A DNA stretch of 64,000 bases from assembly GCA_965243395.1 (NCBI GenBank), contig CBDEUS010000001.1, forward strand, positions 960,001 to 1,024,000. The letters run 5' to 3'. A model generated the notes under the pieces. That model did no database searches. It was not told where the DNA came from and saw only the letters and a program-made list of their open reading frames with translations. The stretch is from Gammaproteobacteria bacterium. Lineage in GTDB: Bacteria > Pseudomonadota > Gammaproteobacteria > UBA4575. Position numbers and translations under genes: made by a program. Shown in pieces: positions 40,437 through 50,730 of this stretch (the first letter of the stretch is position 1; each line of letters opens with the position of its first letter).

Positions 40437-41774
40437 TTATCGATTAAACTGTAGCGCTTCACCGTAAAATGGAAAATTGGCAACCCTATTATCTTCATAG
40501 ACAACTTGCCCATTAAGAATAGTTTTATCAATCGTTGATTTGAATTGATATCCTTCAAAAGGAGACCAACCACACTTATAAAGTACATCTTCATTCTTTA
40601 CAGAAAATGGCTTATTGAAATCAATAATAGCAAGATCAGCATAGTAGCCTTCACGCACGAATCCTCTGTCTTTTACAGAAAACAGCTTAGCCACATTATG
40701 GCTAGTCTTTTCAACAAGTTTTTCTATAGTTAGCACATCATTTTGGACATGCTCTAAAGCACTCAACAATGCATGTTGTACAAGAGGTAAACCTGCGGGC
40801 GCTGTCATATAGTTGCCTTGTTTTTCTTCCCACGTGTGTGGAGCATGGTCTGTGGCAATTATATCAATGCGATCTTCTGTAACAGCTTTTAATAATCCTA
40901 AGCGGTCTTGTTCCGTTTTTATTGCCGGATTGCATTTGATCAATGAACCTTTCTCCGCATAATCTTTATCGCTAAAAAATAAGTGATGAACACAAACTTC
41001 TGCAGTAATATTTTTTTGTTCTACATCACCAGTAGTAAACAACTCCATTTCCTTAGCTGTTGTTAAATGCAGCACATGTAGCTTTGTATTATGTTTTTTT
41101 GCCAATTCAACAGCTTTAGATGATGACAGATAACATGCTTCGTCTGAGCGAATGATGGGGTGATATTCAATCGGTATATCATCACCATATTCTTGTTGAT
41201 ATTTTTTTAAGTTTTCATTAATCAGAGGTGAATCTTCGCAGTGAGTGATTATTGGAACGGGAGCGTGCTTAAAAATTCCATCTAATACGTCATAATCATC
41301 CACTAACATATTGCCATAAGATGCGCCCATGAAAACTTTAATCCCGCATGCAAGGTTTACTGGAACTTGCTTGAGCACTTCAAGATTATCGTTACTAGCG
41401 CCCATATAAAAAGCATAATTTGCTCGTGCACGCTGATTTGCAGCAGCATATTTTTGCTCTAACAGTTCAATGGTTAAGGTAGGTGGTTTAACGTTAGGCA
41501 TATCCATGAAACTGGTAATGCCTCCAGCTATAGCCGCGAGAGATTCAGTTGCGATATCCCCTTTATGAGTTAACCCAGGCTCTCTGAAGTGAACTTGGTC
41601 GTCTATCATGCCAGGAATTACATACTTTCCTTCAACATCGACTACTCGTTTGGCCTGTTCATGTTGTAAGTCAGACGCAATTTTCTTAATGCGCTGGTTA
41701 CTTATCAGAATATCGCATTCTTTGATCTCAGCCTCATTTACGAGCCTGCAGTTTGTGATTAAAAGATCATGCAT
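40437..41774 (-). CDS. pyrC: Dihydroorotase (long type)
   Basis: PGMIDDQVHFREPG, DMPN, KCNPAIK and ATDHAPH; probable start ATG 41774. Confidence 0.9.
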   Translation of the reverse strand: MHDLLITNCRLVNEAEIKECDILISNQRIKKIASDLQHEQAKRVVDVEGKYVIPGMIDDQVHFREPGLTHKGDIATESLAAIAGGITSFMDMPNVKPPTLTIELLEQKYAAANQRARANYAFYMGASNDNLEVLKQVPVNLACGIKVFMGASYGNMLVDDYDVLDGIFKHAPVPIITHCEDSPLINENLKKYQQEYGDDIPIEYHPIIRSDEACYLSSSKAVELAKKHNTKLHVLHLTTAKEMELFTTGDVEQKNITAEVCVHHLFFSDKDYAEKGSLIKCNPAIKTEQDRLGLLKAVTEDRIDIIATDHAPHTWEEKQGNYMTAPAGLPLVQHALLSALEHVQNDVLTIEKLVEKTSHNVAKLFSVKDRGFVREGYYADLAIIDFNKPFSVKNEDVLYKCGWSPFEGYQFKSTIDKTILNGQVVYEDNRVANFPFYGEALQFNR

Positions 41775-41862
41775 AACTAACACTTATCACTTTAAATATA
41801 CTCTTTAAATTGTTGTTTTAATTAAAATATAAATGAATATCTGGGCTTTATTTCGACAAAAA

Positions 41863-41906
41863 CGTGATGCACATCACAATATGTGTAGGCCTATTTTAGG
41901 TAGGGT
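41863..41906 (+). promoter_or_regulatory. CRP-family class II-like promoter
   Basis: CGTGA-tgcaca-TCACA (41863-41878) centred 30.5 bp from TAGGGT (41901-41906). Confidence 0.6.
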
Positions 41907-41953
41907 ATTCCTATAAATAATAACACCGTTAATAGTTGTTTTTAGGGATCCAA

Positions 41954-42175
41954 ATGCACGAAATTAACCCATTGGAAAGGCGCAACCATAACGATCGCCG
42001 CACTTCTATGCAAGCTGCACAATTTCCGATCATCACCCGAAATGGTGTATGTGTGAGAGCTGATCGTCGTCGCCTACCGGATCGACGTGTCGCAAAAATT
42101 CAGGTCGATGAAGCTCACGTGCGTGATGAAGTATTTGATACATTATTTAAAGACGATCCTAATCAGTCCCCATAA
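41954..42175 (+). CDS. Small Arg-motif hypothetical protein A
   Basis: ATG 41954 after AGGGA; ERRNHNDRR and DRRRLPDRR motifs; paralog at 43124-43348. Confidence 0.75.
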   Translation: MHEINPLERRNHNDRRTSMQAAQFPIITRNGVCVRADRRRLPDRRVAKIQVDEAHVRDEVFDTLFKDDPNQSP

Positions 42176-42209
42176 AAGTCTAATATAGGCTTGATATAAT
42201 TACGCTGAA

Positions 42210-43118
42210 ATGAACCGGCGTAAATTTCTATATTCAACTGCTGCAAGCACTGCTCTATTTACCCTGCCCGTTTTTGGCTCGCAAAGTTCTAATATTCTGA
42301 CACGAAGCATTCCTTCCAGTAATGAAAAAATACCATGTGTAGGCATGGGTACATGGATAACTTTTGATGTCAGCGTAAAAGAATCCAACATTGATAATCG
42401 TACTGAAATTTTAAAACGCTTTTTTGCAAATGGCGGAGGAATGATTGATTCCTCCCCGATGTACGGATCAGCTCAAGCCGTTCTAGGTAAATGTTTCCAG
42501 AAATTAGCGCCTCCTGAATCACTTTTCTCCGCAACAAAAGTCTGGACACCTGGAGAGTGGCTTGGTACCCAACAGATGGAAGCTTCTCAAGAGCTTTGGG
42601 GCTTAAATCAATTTGATTTGATGCAAATACACAATTTACTGGACTGGAAAGTTCATTTAAGAACACTACGTGAGTGGAAAGACGCTGGACGTATTCGTTA
42701 TCTGGGTGTTACCACGTCTCATGGCCGTAGGCATGAAGAATTAATAAAAATTATGAAAACTGAGCCACTGGATTTTGTTCAGTTTACGCACAATATTACT
42801 CACACAGAGGCTGAAAAAGTTTTGTTGCCGCTAGCCGCAGACAAAGGAATTGCTGTGATAATTAATCGTCCATTTGACGGAGGAAGGCTGTTTAACAGTG
42901 TTGAAAATCAAGCTTTACCTGGCTGGGCAAAGGACATTAATTGCAATAATTGGGCTCAATTCTTTTTGAAATTTATTCTTTCACACCCAGCTGCAACGGT
43001 TGCAATTCCTGCAACCTCAAAAACGGATCATATGGATGAAAATATGGGAGCACTTAGAGGGGCTTTACCTAATGCTTCCATGCGAAAAAAAATGCAAGAG
43101 TACTATCTATCAGTCTAA
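42210..43118 (+). CDS. Aldo/keto reductase with twin-arginine signal
   Basis: MNRRKFL; GMGTW, IDSSPMYG, ATKVW, DLMQIHNL and IPATS. Confidence 0.9.
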   Translation: MNRRKFLYSTAASTALFTLPVFGSQSSNILTRSIPSSNEKIPCVGMGTWITFDVSVKESNIDNRTEILKRFFANGGGMIDSSPMYGSAQAVLGKCFQKLAPPESLFSATKVWTPGEWLGTQQMEASQELWGLNQFDLMQIHNLLDWKVHLRTLREWKDAGRIRYLGVTTSHGRRHEELIKIMKTEPLDFVQFTHNITHTEAEKVLLPLAADKGIAVIINRPFDGGRLFNSVENQALPGWAKDINCNNWAQFFLKFILSHPAATVAIPATSKTDHMDENMGALRGALPNASMRKKMQEYYLSV

Positions 43119-43123
43119 ATTAT

Positions 43124-43348
43124 TTAAGTGTTCTGAGTTTTATTAAAATATTCTAGAAATTCTGCTTTCGATATTTTGATATCTGTAACTTCAATTCCTT
43201 TAATTTCGCTCTCTTGTGGGGCACGACGATTCTCGATAACAATATTGCCCTGTAAATCTTCTAGTGGAAATTCATTGTTTTGAACTGCGGAACGCCTTTC
43301 ACGTCGTAGCCGTACATTTGCAGAACTTTCAATCGTTCTATATTTCAT
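43124..43348 (-). CDS. Small Arg-motif hypothetical protein B
   Basis: RLRRERR...FP.....G..V..NRR; aligns by eye with 41954-42175. Confidence 0.75.
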   Translation of the reverse strand: MKYRTIESSANVRLRRERRSAVQNNEFPLEDLQGNIVIENRRAPQESEIKGIEVTDIKISKAEFLEYFNKTQNT

Positions 43349-43385
43349 AACACTAGCCTTTATTATTTTTATTATTGTAATGAGT

Positions 43386-43428
43386 ACCTTACGTCAGCAA
43401 GCTCACTTAAAGTGTGACACAATTCTCA
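43386..43428 (-). promoter_or_regulatory. CRP-family class II-like promoter
   Basis: Minus-strand TGAGA-attgtg-TCACA (43413-43428) centred 29.5 bp from TAAGGT (43386-43391). Confidence 0.55.
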
Positions 43429-43479
43429 CAAAAAACAATGATGATTTATTGCTATGGGCTGCTCGTAAATTGACCAAAT

Positions 43480-43510
43480 AAAAAAAGGCCTCTCAATTGA
43501 GAGGCCTTTT
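43480..43510. terminator. Bidirectional intrinsic terminator
   Basis: AAAAGGCCTCTCAATTGAGAGGCCTTTT perfect palindrome, downstream of the yccA unit. Confidence 0.85.
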
Positions 43511-43529
43511 AGTCAAATAAATCATGGCC

Positions 43530-43712
43530 TTAACGAGCGACGATAAGCATTAATACCGCCACAAAGGCTATGACCATCGAAATAGGGAAAAGAAAAGCTA
43601 GCCAATCTCCTTTTTCAGCTTTTGGGCTATTTTTTAACCAATACCTCCAAGCCGGGTAAATGCCTATGATTAGAAAAATTGTAAATGCAATATAAACCCA
43701 TTTCATATCCAT
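43530..43712 (-). CDS. Small two-TM membrane protein
   Basis: 60 aa with SPKA.KGDW between two hydrophobic helices; 8 bp downstream of yccA. Confidence 0.7.
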   Translation of the reverse strand: MDMKWVYIAFTIFLIIGIYPAWRYWLKNSPKAEKGDWLAFLFPISMVIAFVAVLMLIVAR

Positions 43713-43720
43713 TGAAAAAC

Positions 43721-44389
43721 TTACTCGTTCGCAAAACCAAGCAAATGTAAAAGCGATGAAAAAATATTGAAAATACTTAAGAAAATATGTGCAGTTGCAA
43801 AAAGATAATTATCCTCTTCACCGCTAACAATTCTGCTTGTATCAAACAAAATAAACCCGCTAAATACGAATATTACTGCAGCATTTATCGCAAGCCAAAG
43901 TCCTGAAACTTCAAATAATAAGGCAGCAAGAATTGCCATTAAAATAATCATTACACCGGTATATAGAAAACCACCCAGAAAGCTAAAGTTTCGACCAGTA
44001 GTTAACGAATAACCAGAAAGTCCAAGGAATATAACTGCCGTTCCTCCCATTGAAGTGGCGATTAATTCTCCGCCATTAGACATACTAAGGTAATGATTGA
44101 GGATAGGACCTAAGCTAAATCCCAGTAAACCAGTGAAAGCAAATACCACAAATATTCCTGCTGTAGATCGGGCAGTACGTGGTAATACAAACCATAGCAA
44201 GGCTATCGCAGCGACAGCACAGGCAAAACCTGCGCCTCTGCCAACACCAAGCATTGTAGATGCCATTGCCATTACAGCACTGAATATCAGTGTCAAAGAC
44301 AGCAATGCATAAGTATTGCGTAGCACTTTATTGGTTGATAAAGCGCTTTCGCGTGCTATTTGTTTAGTAGAAAATTGAGAATCACTCAT
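43721..44389 (-). CDS. yccA: Bax inhibitor-1/YccA membrane protein
   Basis: NKVLRNTYALL, LGPIL and ILFDTSRI; divergent from tRNA-Ser(TGA) as in enterobacteria. Confidence 0.93.
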   Translation of the reverse strand: MSDSQFSTKQIARESALSTNKVLRNTYALLSLTLIFSAVMAMASTMLGVGRGAGFACAVAAIALLWFVLPRTARSTAGIFVVFAFTGLLGFSLGPILNHYLSMSNGGELIATSMGGTAVIFLGLSGYSLTTGRNFSFLGGFLYTGVMIILMAILAALLFEVSGLWLAINAAVIFVFSGFILFDTSRIVSGEEDNYLFATAHIFLSIFNIFSSLLHLLGFANE

Positions 44390-44541
44390 GGAAGACCTTT
44401 CTCCTATTTACAATTTATAGATACTATAGTTATTAACATAATGGTATTTTTGCCTAATTCAAGCCCAGATACTCTATATATTTAGACACTTCAAGGTATA
44501 GCAGTTCCCCACACCCTTCGGGTATGCTTGCCTGCTAATTT

Positions 44542-44631
44542 GGAGAGGTGGCAGAGTGGTCGAATGCGGTGGTCTTGAAAACCATTGACGGTGTGAGCCG
44601 TCCGGGGGTTCGAATCCCTCCCTCTCCGCCA
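44542..44631 (+). tRNA. tRNA-Ser(TGA)
   Basis: GGAGAGGTGGCAGAGTGGTCGAATGCGGTGGTCTTGAAAACCATT...GTTCGAATCCCTCCCTCTCCGCCA, 90 nt. Confidence 0.97.
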
Positions 44632-44638
44632 GATACAT

Positions 44639-44669
44639 AAAAAAACCTCTTCATTTAAGGGGTTTTTTT
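44639..44669. terminator. Bidirectional terminator between tRNA-Ser and yajQ
   Basis: AAAAAAACCTCTT-cattt-AAGGGGTTTTTTT. Confidence 0.75.
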
Positions 44670-44713
44670 GTTTTATTTCATATAGATATGAAATAAATTT
44701 AATTTAAATTCAC

Positions 44714-45196
44714 TTAGTCGCGAAAGTTATCAAATTGTAATGGAATACCGAGTTTTGCTTCTTTCAGCATTCCCATTACAGCCTGCAAATCATCCCGCTT
44801 TTTTCCCGTTACTCTAAGCTTTTCGCCTTGAATTGCTGACTGAACTTTTAGTTTAGAGTCTTTAATCAATTTGACCATTTTTTTCGCTGTTTCTTTATCA
44901 ATTCCTTGTTTGAGTAGAATCGCCTGGCGTGCACGCATGTTAGCCTCTTCAACTTTGCCACGCTCTAAGCACAATACATCAATTCCTCGTTTAGCCATTT
45001 TAGTTATTAAAATATCGTAAATTTGATCAAGCTGAAATTCAGATTCACCTTCAATGCGCAAACTATCACCTTCCTGCGAAACTTTAGCGTCTGATCCTTT
45101 AAAATCGTATCGGTTGGAAATTTCACGATTGGCTTGGTCTATGGCATTACTAAGTTCATGAGAATCTACTTCAGAAACCGTATCAAATGAAGGCAT
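44714..45196 (-). CDS. yajQ: YajQ nucleotide-binding protein
   Basis: MPSFDxVSE, RYDFKG, RVTGKKRDDLQ and QFDNFRD. Confidence 0.96.
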   Translation of the reverse strand: MPSFDTVSEVDSHELSNAIDQANREISNRYDFKGSDAKVSQEGDSLRIEGESEFQLDQIYDILITKMAKRGIDVLCLERGKVEEANMRARQAILLKQGIDKETAKKMVKLIKDSKLKVQSAIQGEKLRVTGKKRDDLQAVMGMLKEAKLGIPLQFDNFRD

Positions 45197-45241
45197 GGTG
45201 AAACTCTCCTATGCGAATACTTTTTCAGGCAAAATTATATT

Positions 45242-45616
45242 ATGTCTAGATTAGCGATCCTTCTTGGAGCTGGCAATGCAGTCCTTGCCATTCTTATCGG
45301 TGCATTTGCAGCACATGCCATAGAAAACAAATTAAGTGCACGTATGCAGGAAATATTTAATACGGCTGCTGACTACCATTTATATCATGCTTTAGGGCTA
45401 ATACTGATCGGAGTATTAATTCATCAAATTCCATCTAATAAGTTTTTAACCGCTGCAACTTACTTAATGCTATTTGCGATCGTTGTATTCTGTGGCAGTC
45501 TTTATGCACTTAGTTTGAGCGGTATTACAAAGTTTGGGATGATCACTCCTATAGGAGGACTAGGCTTTATAGCAGCATGGCTTTGTGTATTTATGGCATT
45601 CATTAAGCGGCCGTAA
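45242..45616 (+). CDS. DUF423/YgdD membrane protein
   Basis: GAFAAH, YHLYHAL, FCGSLY and ITPIGG. Confidence 0.9.
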   Translation: MSRLAILLGAGNAVLAILIGAFAAHAIENKLSARMQEIFNTAADYHLYHALGLILIGVLIHQIPSNKFLTAATYLMLFAIVVFCGSLYALSLSGITKFGMITPIGGLGFIAAWLCVFMAFIKRP

Positions 45617-45628
45617 ATTTAGGTAATA

Positions 45629-46159
45629 TTAAAATAGTCTTTCTTGTCCTTTATCAGAAACTGAATTTTGCTGACAAACTTCAACTTTGTCCCCAACATT
45701 AATGATTCCACCTTTTTTAACAATGGCGTTCACTCCCCCATGGAGCCGCATTGCATTGTAAGCGCCATACCCTAGTGCTTTTTCCATCTTTGCACAGGGT
45801 GCACAATTACCAGTAACCTCGAGCACAACATCATTAATCTTTAGGCTATGCCGAAGTAGTATGCTGAGGCTTATTTTAGAAACAACAACGTTTCGCCTTA
45901 AAGTTGCAGGAGAAATGCTTTTATTCAGCAACGACTCCATGACGTGAATATATTCTCTCTGAATTATGGTTACTTGCCGTTTACTGCCCAATTTTAGGGC
46001 AGCTTTATCACCCACTAATCCATGCCCCGCCAAAAGTTCTGCGCTTTCAACTTCTATGATTTCGCTGTTTCTCTGAGGCCTTAATCCAATCCATTCGATC
46101 TGACCTGGCTGTGTGAAATGCGTTTTTAACTCGCTAATAGTCGCCATAATCTTTTCCAT
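45629..46159 (-). CDS. MOSC-domain protein
   Basis: GLVGD, RQVT, LRRN and CAPCxKME. Confidence 0.88.
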   Translation of the reverse strand: MEKIMATISELKTHFTQPGQIEWIGLRPQRNSEIIEVESAELLAGHGLVGDKAALKLGSKRQVTIIQREYIHVMESLLNKSISPATLRRNVVVSKISLSILLRHSLKINDVVLEVTGNCAPCAKMEKALGYGAYNAMRLHGGVNAIVKKGGIINVGDKVEVCQQNSVSDKGQERLF

Positions 46160-46269
46160 GTGAGTAAAGAAAAACTACTTCTAAATATATGTGATTAAAA
46201 GTATAAAAAACCATGATCTCACTGCGAATCAAGTAGTTGCGTTTTGCAAATGAAATTATATACTTGTGA

Positions 46270-47688
<1,419 letters not shown>

Positions 47689-47692
47689 TTAT

Positions 47693-48064
47693 CTACAAAA
47701 CCCGCGCAAACATCATGCCCAGGAAACATGCAAAAATGCATAAAAATACGCTGAGAAATGCATTAGCAAATGCGCTCACGATACTACCCTGTTGTAACAA
47801 GCTCAGTGTTTCTAATGAAAAAGTAGAAAAGGTAGTAAAGCCTCCAAGAAAACCTACTAATATAGTAAGCCGGAGTTCTTCAGATACGGTAACGCGTTCT
47901 AATAATATAAAAGACAAAAAGCCAATTAATAAAGACCCCACTACATTTACCAGCAAAGTGCCATAAGGAAAAGAATCGCCAAACCATTGAACAGAATGAG
48001 TCTGTATTAAATAGCGCATGAGTGTACCAATGGCTCCACCTATCGCCACACCTGCGAGAATCAA
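47693..48064 (-). CDS. crcB: Fluoride channel Fluc
   Basis: GGAIGxxxRY, PYGTLLVN and GFLGGFTTFSTF. Confidence 0.95.
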   Translation of the reverse strand: MILAGVAIGGAIGTLMRYLIQTHSVQWFGDSFPYGTLLVNVVGSLLIGFLSFILLERVTVSEELRLTILVGFLGGFTTFSTFSLETLSLLQQGSIVSAFANAFLSVFLCIFACFLGMMFARVL

Positions 48065-48178
48065 ATTTTACCTTCCTTTTTTACTGATCAATTAAGCATG
48101 TATTCTGACGCGCATAGTACCAATCAATGCTATATTGCGATACATAGAAATGGTAATTGAATAATAATCACCAAAAAA

Positions 48179-49645
48179 ATGTCCGACTCAATCTCTACAT
48201 CCGACCTTACACGCGAATTTTGTAAAATTCTCCCAAGAACTTCTGTTTTAGATAGAGAAGAACAACTTAAGCCATATGAGTGTGATGCATTAACCGCATA
48301 TAGACAATTACCACGCTTAGCATTGTTGCCTAGCACTAATGAAGAAATTCAAAAAATCGTAAACATTTGCAGGCAATATGAAATTCCTATCGTGGCTCGT
48401 GGAGCAGGAACAAGTTTATCCGGCGGTGCCTTACCACATTCTGATGGCATTCTTCTCAATCTTGCCAAACTCAATAACGTTCTTGAAATAGATCCTCACA
48501 ATCGCACAGCTACGGTACAGCCGGGAGTGCGAAATCTGGCTATTTCAGAAGCTGCTAAACCTTACGGCTTGTACTATGCGCCAGATCCGTCCTCACAAAT
48601 TGCCTGTACAATCGGGGGTAACATTGCAGAAAATTCAGGTGGAGTTCACTGTCTTAAGTATGGTCTTACCGTACATAATATTTTGGCACTTAAAATTTTA
48701 ACAATAGAGGGAGAAATTTTAGATATAGGGGGGAAAAATTTAGATTCTTCTGGATTTAATTTGCTTTCATTGATGACAGGTTCAGAAGGCATGTTAGGGA
48801 TCACACTTGAAGCAACTGTAAGACTTTTACCCCACCCGCATGATCGAAAAGTAATGCTAGCCGCTTTTGATCAAATCCAAAATGCAGGAGATGCTGTGAA
48901 TGGAATTATTTCCAATGGTGTTATTCCTGCGGGTCTGGAAATGCTAGATCATCTAACGATTCAAGCCACTGAAATGTATTGTAGTCCGGGCTATCCGCCT
49001 AATGCTGCTGCTATTTTAATATGTGAACTCGATGGGTATGACGAAGAACTTGAATCTCAAGTAAAACAAGTTTCCGATATTTTATATTCACATCAAGCGA
49101 TTGAAGTACGTACCGCAAAAAATGAACAAGAAGCGGAGTTACTCTGGTTAGGCCGCAAAGCTTCATTCCCTGCTCTAGGTAATTTAACACCTGATTACTA
49201 TTGTATGGATGGAACCATTCCCAGAAAACATCTGGCCTTTGTCTTGGAGAAGATTAATAAACTTTCTGTCAAACATGGACTACGTGTTGCAAATGTATTT
49301 CATGCAGGTGATGGTAATTTACATCCGGTGATTTTATACGATGCAAATATCCCAGGTGAATTAGAAACTGCTGAAAAACTAGGTGGAGAGATTTTAGAAC
49401 TATGTGTAGAAGTTGGTGGAACTATTACTGGTGAACACGGTGTAGGAGTGGAAAAACTTAATCAGATGTGTGTGCAGTTTTCAAAAGCAGAACTCGAAAC
49501 TTTTCATGCCATTAAATATGCGTTAGATGGAAAACAACTTTTAAACCCAGGAAAAGCCGTTCCGACCTTGCATCGTTGCGCAGAATTTGGTGCTATGCAT
49601 GTGCACCATGGAAAGCTACCTCACCCTGAACTTCCACGATTTTAA
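48179..49645 (+). CDS. glcD: Glycolate oxidase FAD subunit
   Basis: RGAGTSLSGG, YAPDPSSQIACTIGGN, HAGDGNLHP, GEHGVG and C-terminal PELPRF. Confidence 0.95.
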   Translation: MSDSISTSDLTREFCKILPRTSVLDREEQLKPYECDALTAYRQLPRLALLPSTNEEIQKIVNICRQYEIPIVARGAGTSLSGGALPHSDGILLNLAKLNNVLEIDPHNRTATVQPGVRNLAISEAAKPYGLYYAPDPSSQIACTIGGNIAENSGGVHCLKYGLTVHNILALKILTIEGEILDIGGKNLDSSGFNLLSLMTGSEGMLGITLEATVRLLPHPHDRKVMLAAFDQIQNAGDAVNGIISNGVIPAGLEMLDHLTIQATEMYCSPGYPPNAAAILICELDGYDEELESQVKQVSDILYSHQAIEVRTAKNEQEAELLWLGRKASFPALGNLTPDYYCMDGTIPRKHLAFVLEKINKLSVKHGLRVANVFHAGDGNLHPVILYDANIPGELETAEKLGGEILELCVEVGGTITGEHGVGVEKLNQMCVQFSKAELETFHAIKYALDGKQLLNPGKAVPTLHRCAEFGAMHVHHGKLPHPELPRF

Positions 49646-49655
49646 TAATTAAAGC

Positions 49656-50711
49656 ATGAATGATTGTGCACAAGAGATCGCGGATAAGATAAAACACTCT
49701 TATCAACAAAAACAACCACTAGAAATAACTGCCGGTTCAACAAAACAGTTTTACGGTAGAAAAATTAATGCCCAGCTATTGAATGTGAAAAATCACTCAG
49801 GTGTCACTGAATATGAACCTTCGGAGCTTTATATAACAGCTCACTGTGGTACATCTTTAGATGAGATAGAGCGAGTAATTGAAAATAAAAATCAAATATT
49901 ACCGTTTGAACCTCCCAATTTTGGTCCTTCTGCAACAATTGGTGGTACGGTAGCATGCGGCCTTTCTGGTCCCAGGCGTGCGTATAGCGGCAATGTAAGT
50001 GATTGCATACTAGGTGCAGAGGTAATAAATGGGAAAGGCGAGCAATTACATTTTGGTGGCAGAGTCATGAAAAATGTTGCTGGGTATGATGTGTCAAGGT
50101 TAATGTGCGGAGCTCTTGGCACATTGGGTGTACTAACATCAATCACTCTGCGTCTTTTGCCCAAACCGGAAAATGAACAAACCGTTGCATTTAATATGAG
50201 TAGCACTGAAGCTATCAAGAAAATGAATCAATGGGCAAACACGCCATTACCCATATCAGCAACTTTGCATAATGCAGATAGTCTGTATGTGCGATTGTCA
50301 GGATCACATTCGACAATTAAATCAAGTGCCAGCGAAATGCAGGGTGAATTTATCGAAAATAGTGAAACATTTTGGGAAATGATCAAAGAGCATAAACATT
50401 CATTTTTTAATTCAGACTTACCCTTATGGCGAATATCCGTACCACCAAGTACTCCTGAACTAAATATTCAAGGAGAATGCGTTATGGAGTGGAACGGAGC
50501 TTTGAGATGGTATGCAACTGAAGTGAATGAAAACGTTATCCGTACCGAGGTTGAACGTATTGGTGGGCACGCTACTTTATTTAAAGGGGATTGCACACAA
50601 AATATTTTTCATCCTTTATCTAATGTATCTATGAAATTTCATAAACATCTCAAACAAGTGATGGACCCCGGTCGTATTTTAAATCCAGGCAAAATGTTTG
50701 CCGAATTATAA
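49656..50711 (+). CDS. glcE: Glycolate oxidase subunit GlcE
   Basis: YEPSEL, GLSGPRR, GGRVMKNVAGYD and DP..ILNPG. Confidence 0.93.
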   Translation: MNDCAQEIADKIKHSYQQKQPLEITAGSTKQFYGRKINAQLLNVKNHSGVTEYEPSELYITAHCGTSLDEIERVIENKNQILPFEPPNFGPSATIGGTVACGLSGPRRAYSGNVSDCILGAEVINGKGEQLHFGGRVMKNVAGYDVSRLMCGALGTLGVLTSITLRLLPKPENEQTVAFNMSSTEAIKKMNQWANTPLPISATLHNADSLYVRLSGSHSTIKSSASEMQGEFIENSETFWEMIKEHKHSFFNSDLPLWRISVPPSTPELNIQGECVMEWNGALRWYATEVNENVIRTEVERIGGHATLFKGDCTQNIFHPLSNVSMKFHKHLKQVMDPGRILNPGKMFAEL

Positions 50712-50730
50712 AATATATTTATTTATAATC

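Noticed and set aside
45632-45646. C-terminal QERLF of the MOSC protein as a clamp-binding motif
   Set aside because: Only a loose QxxLF match with no functional rationale; likely chance
48065-48178. Fluoride riboswitch upstream of crcB
   Set aside because: No GGCGATGG-like consensus on the minus strand
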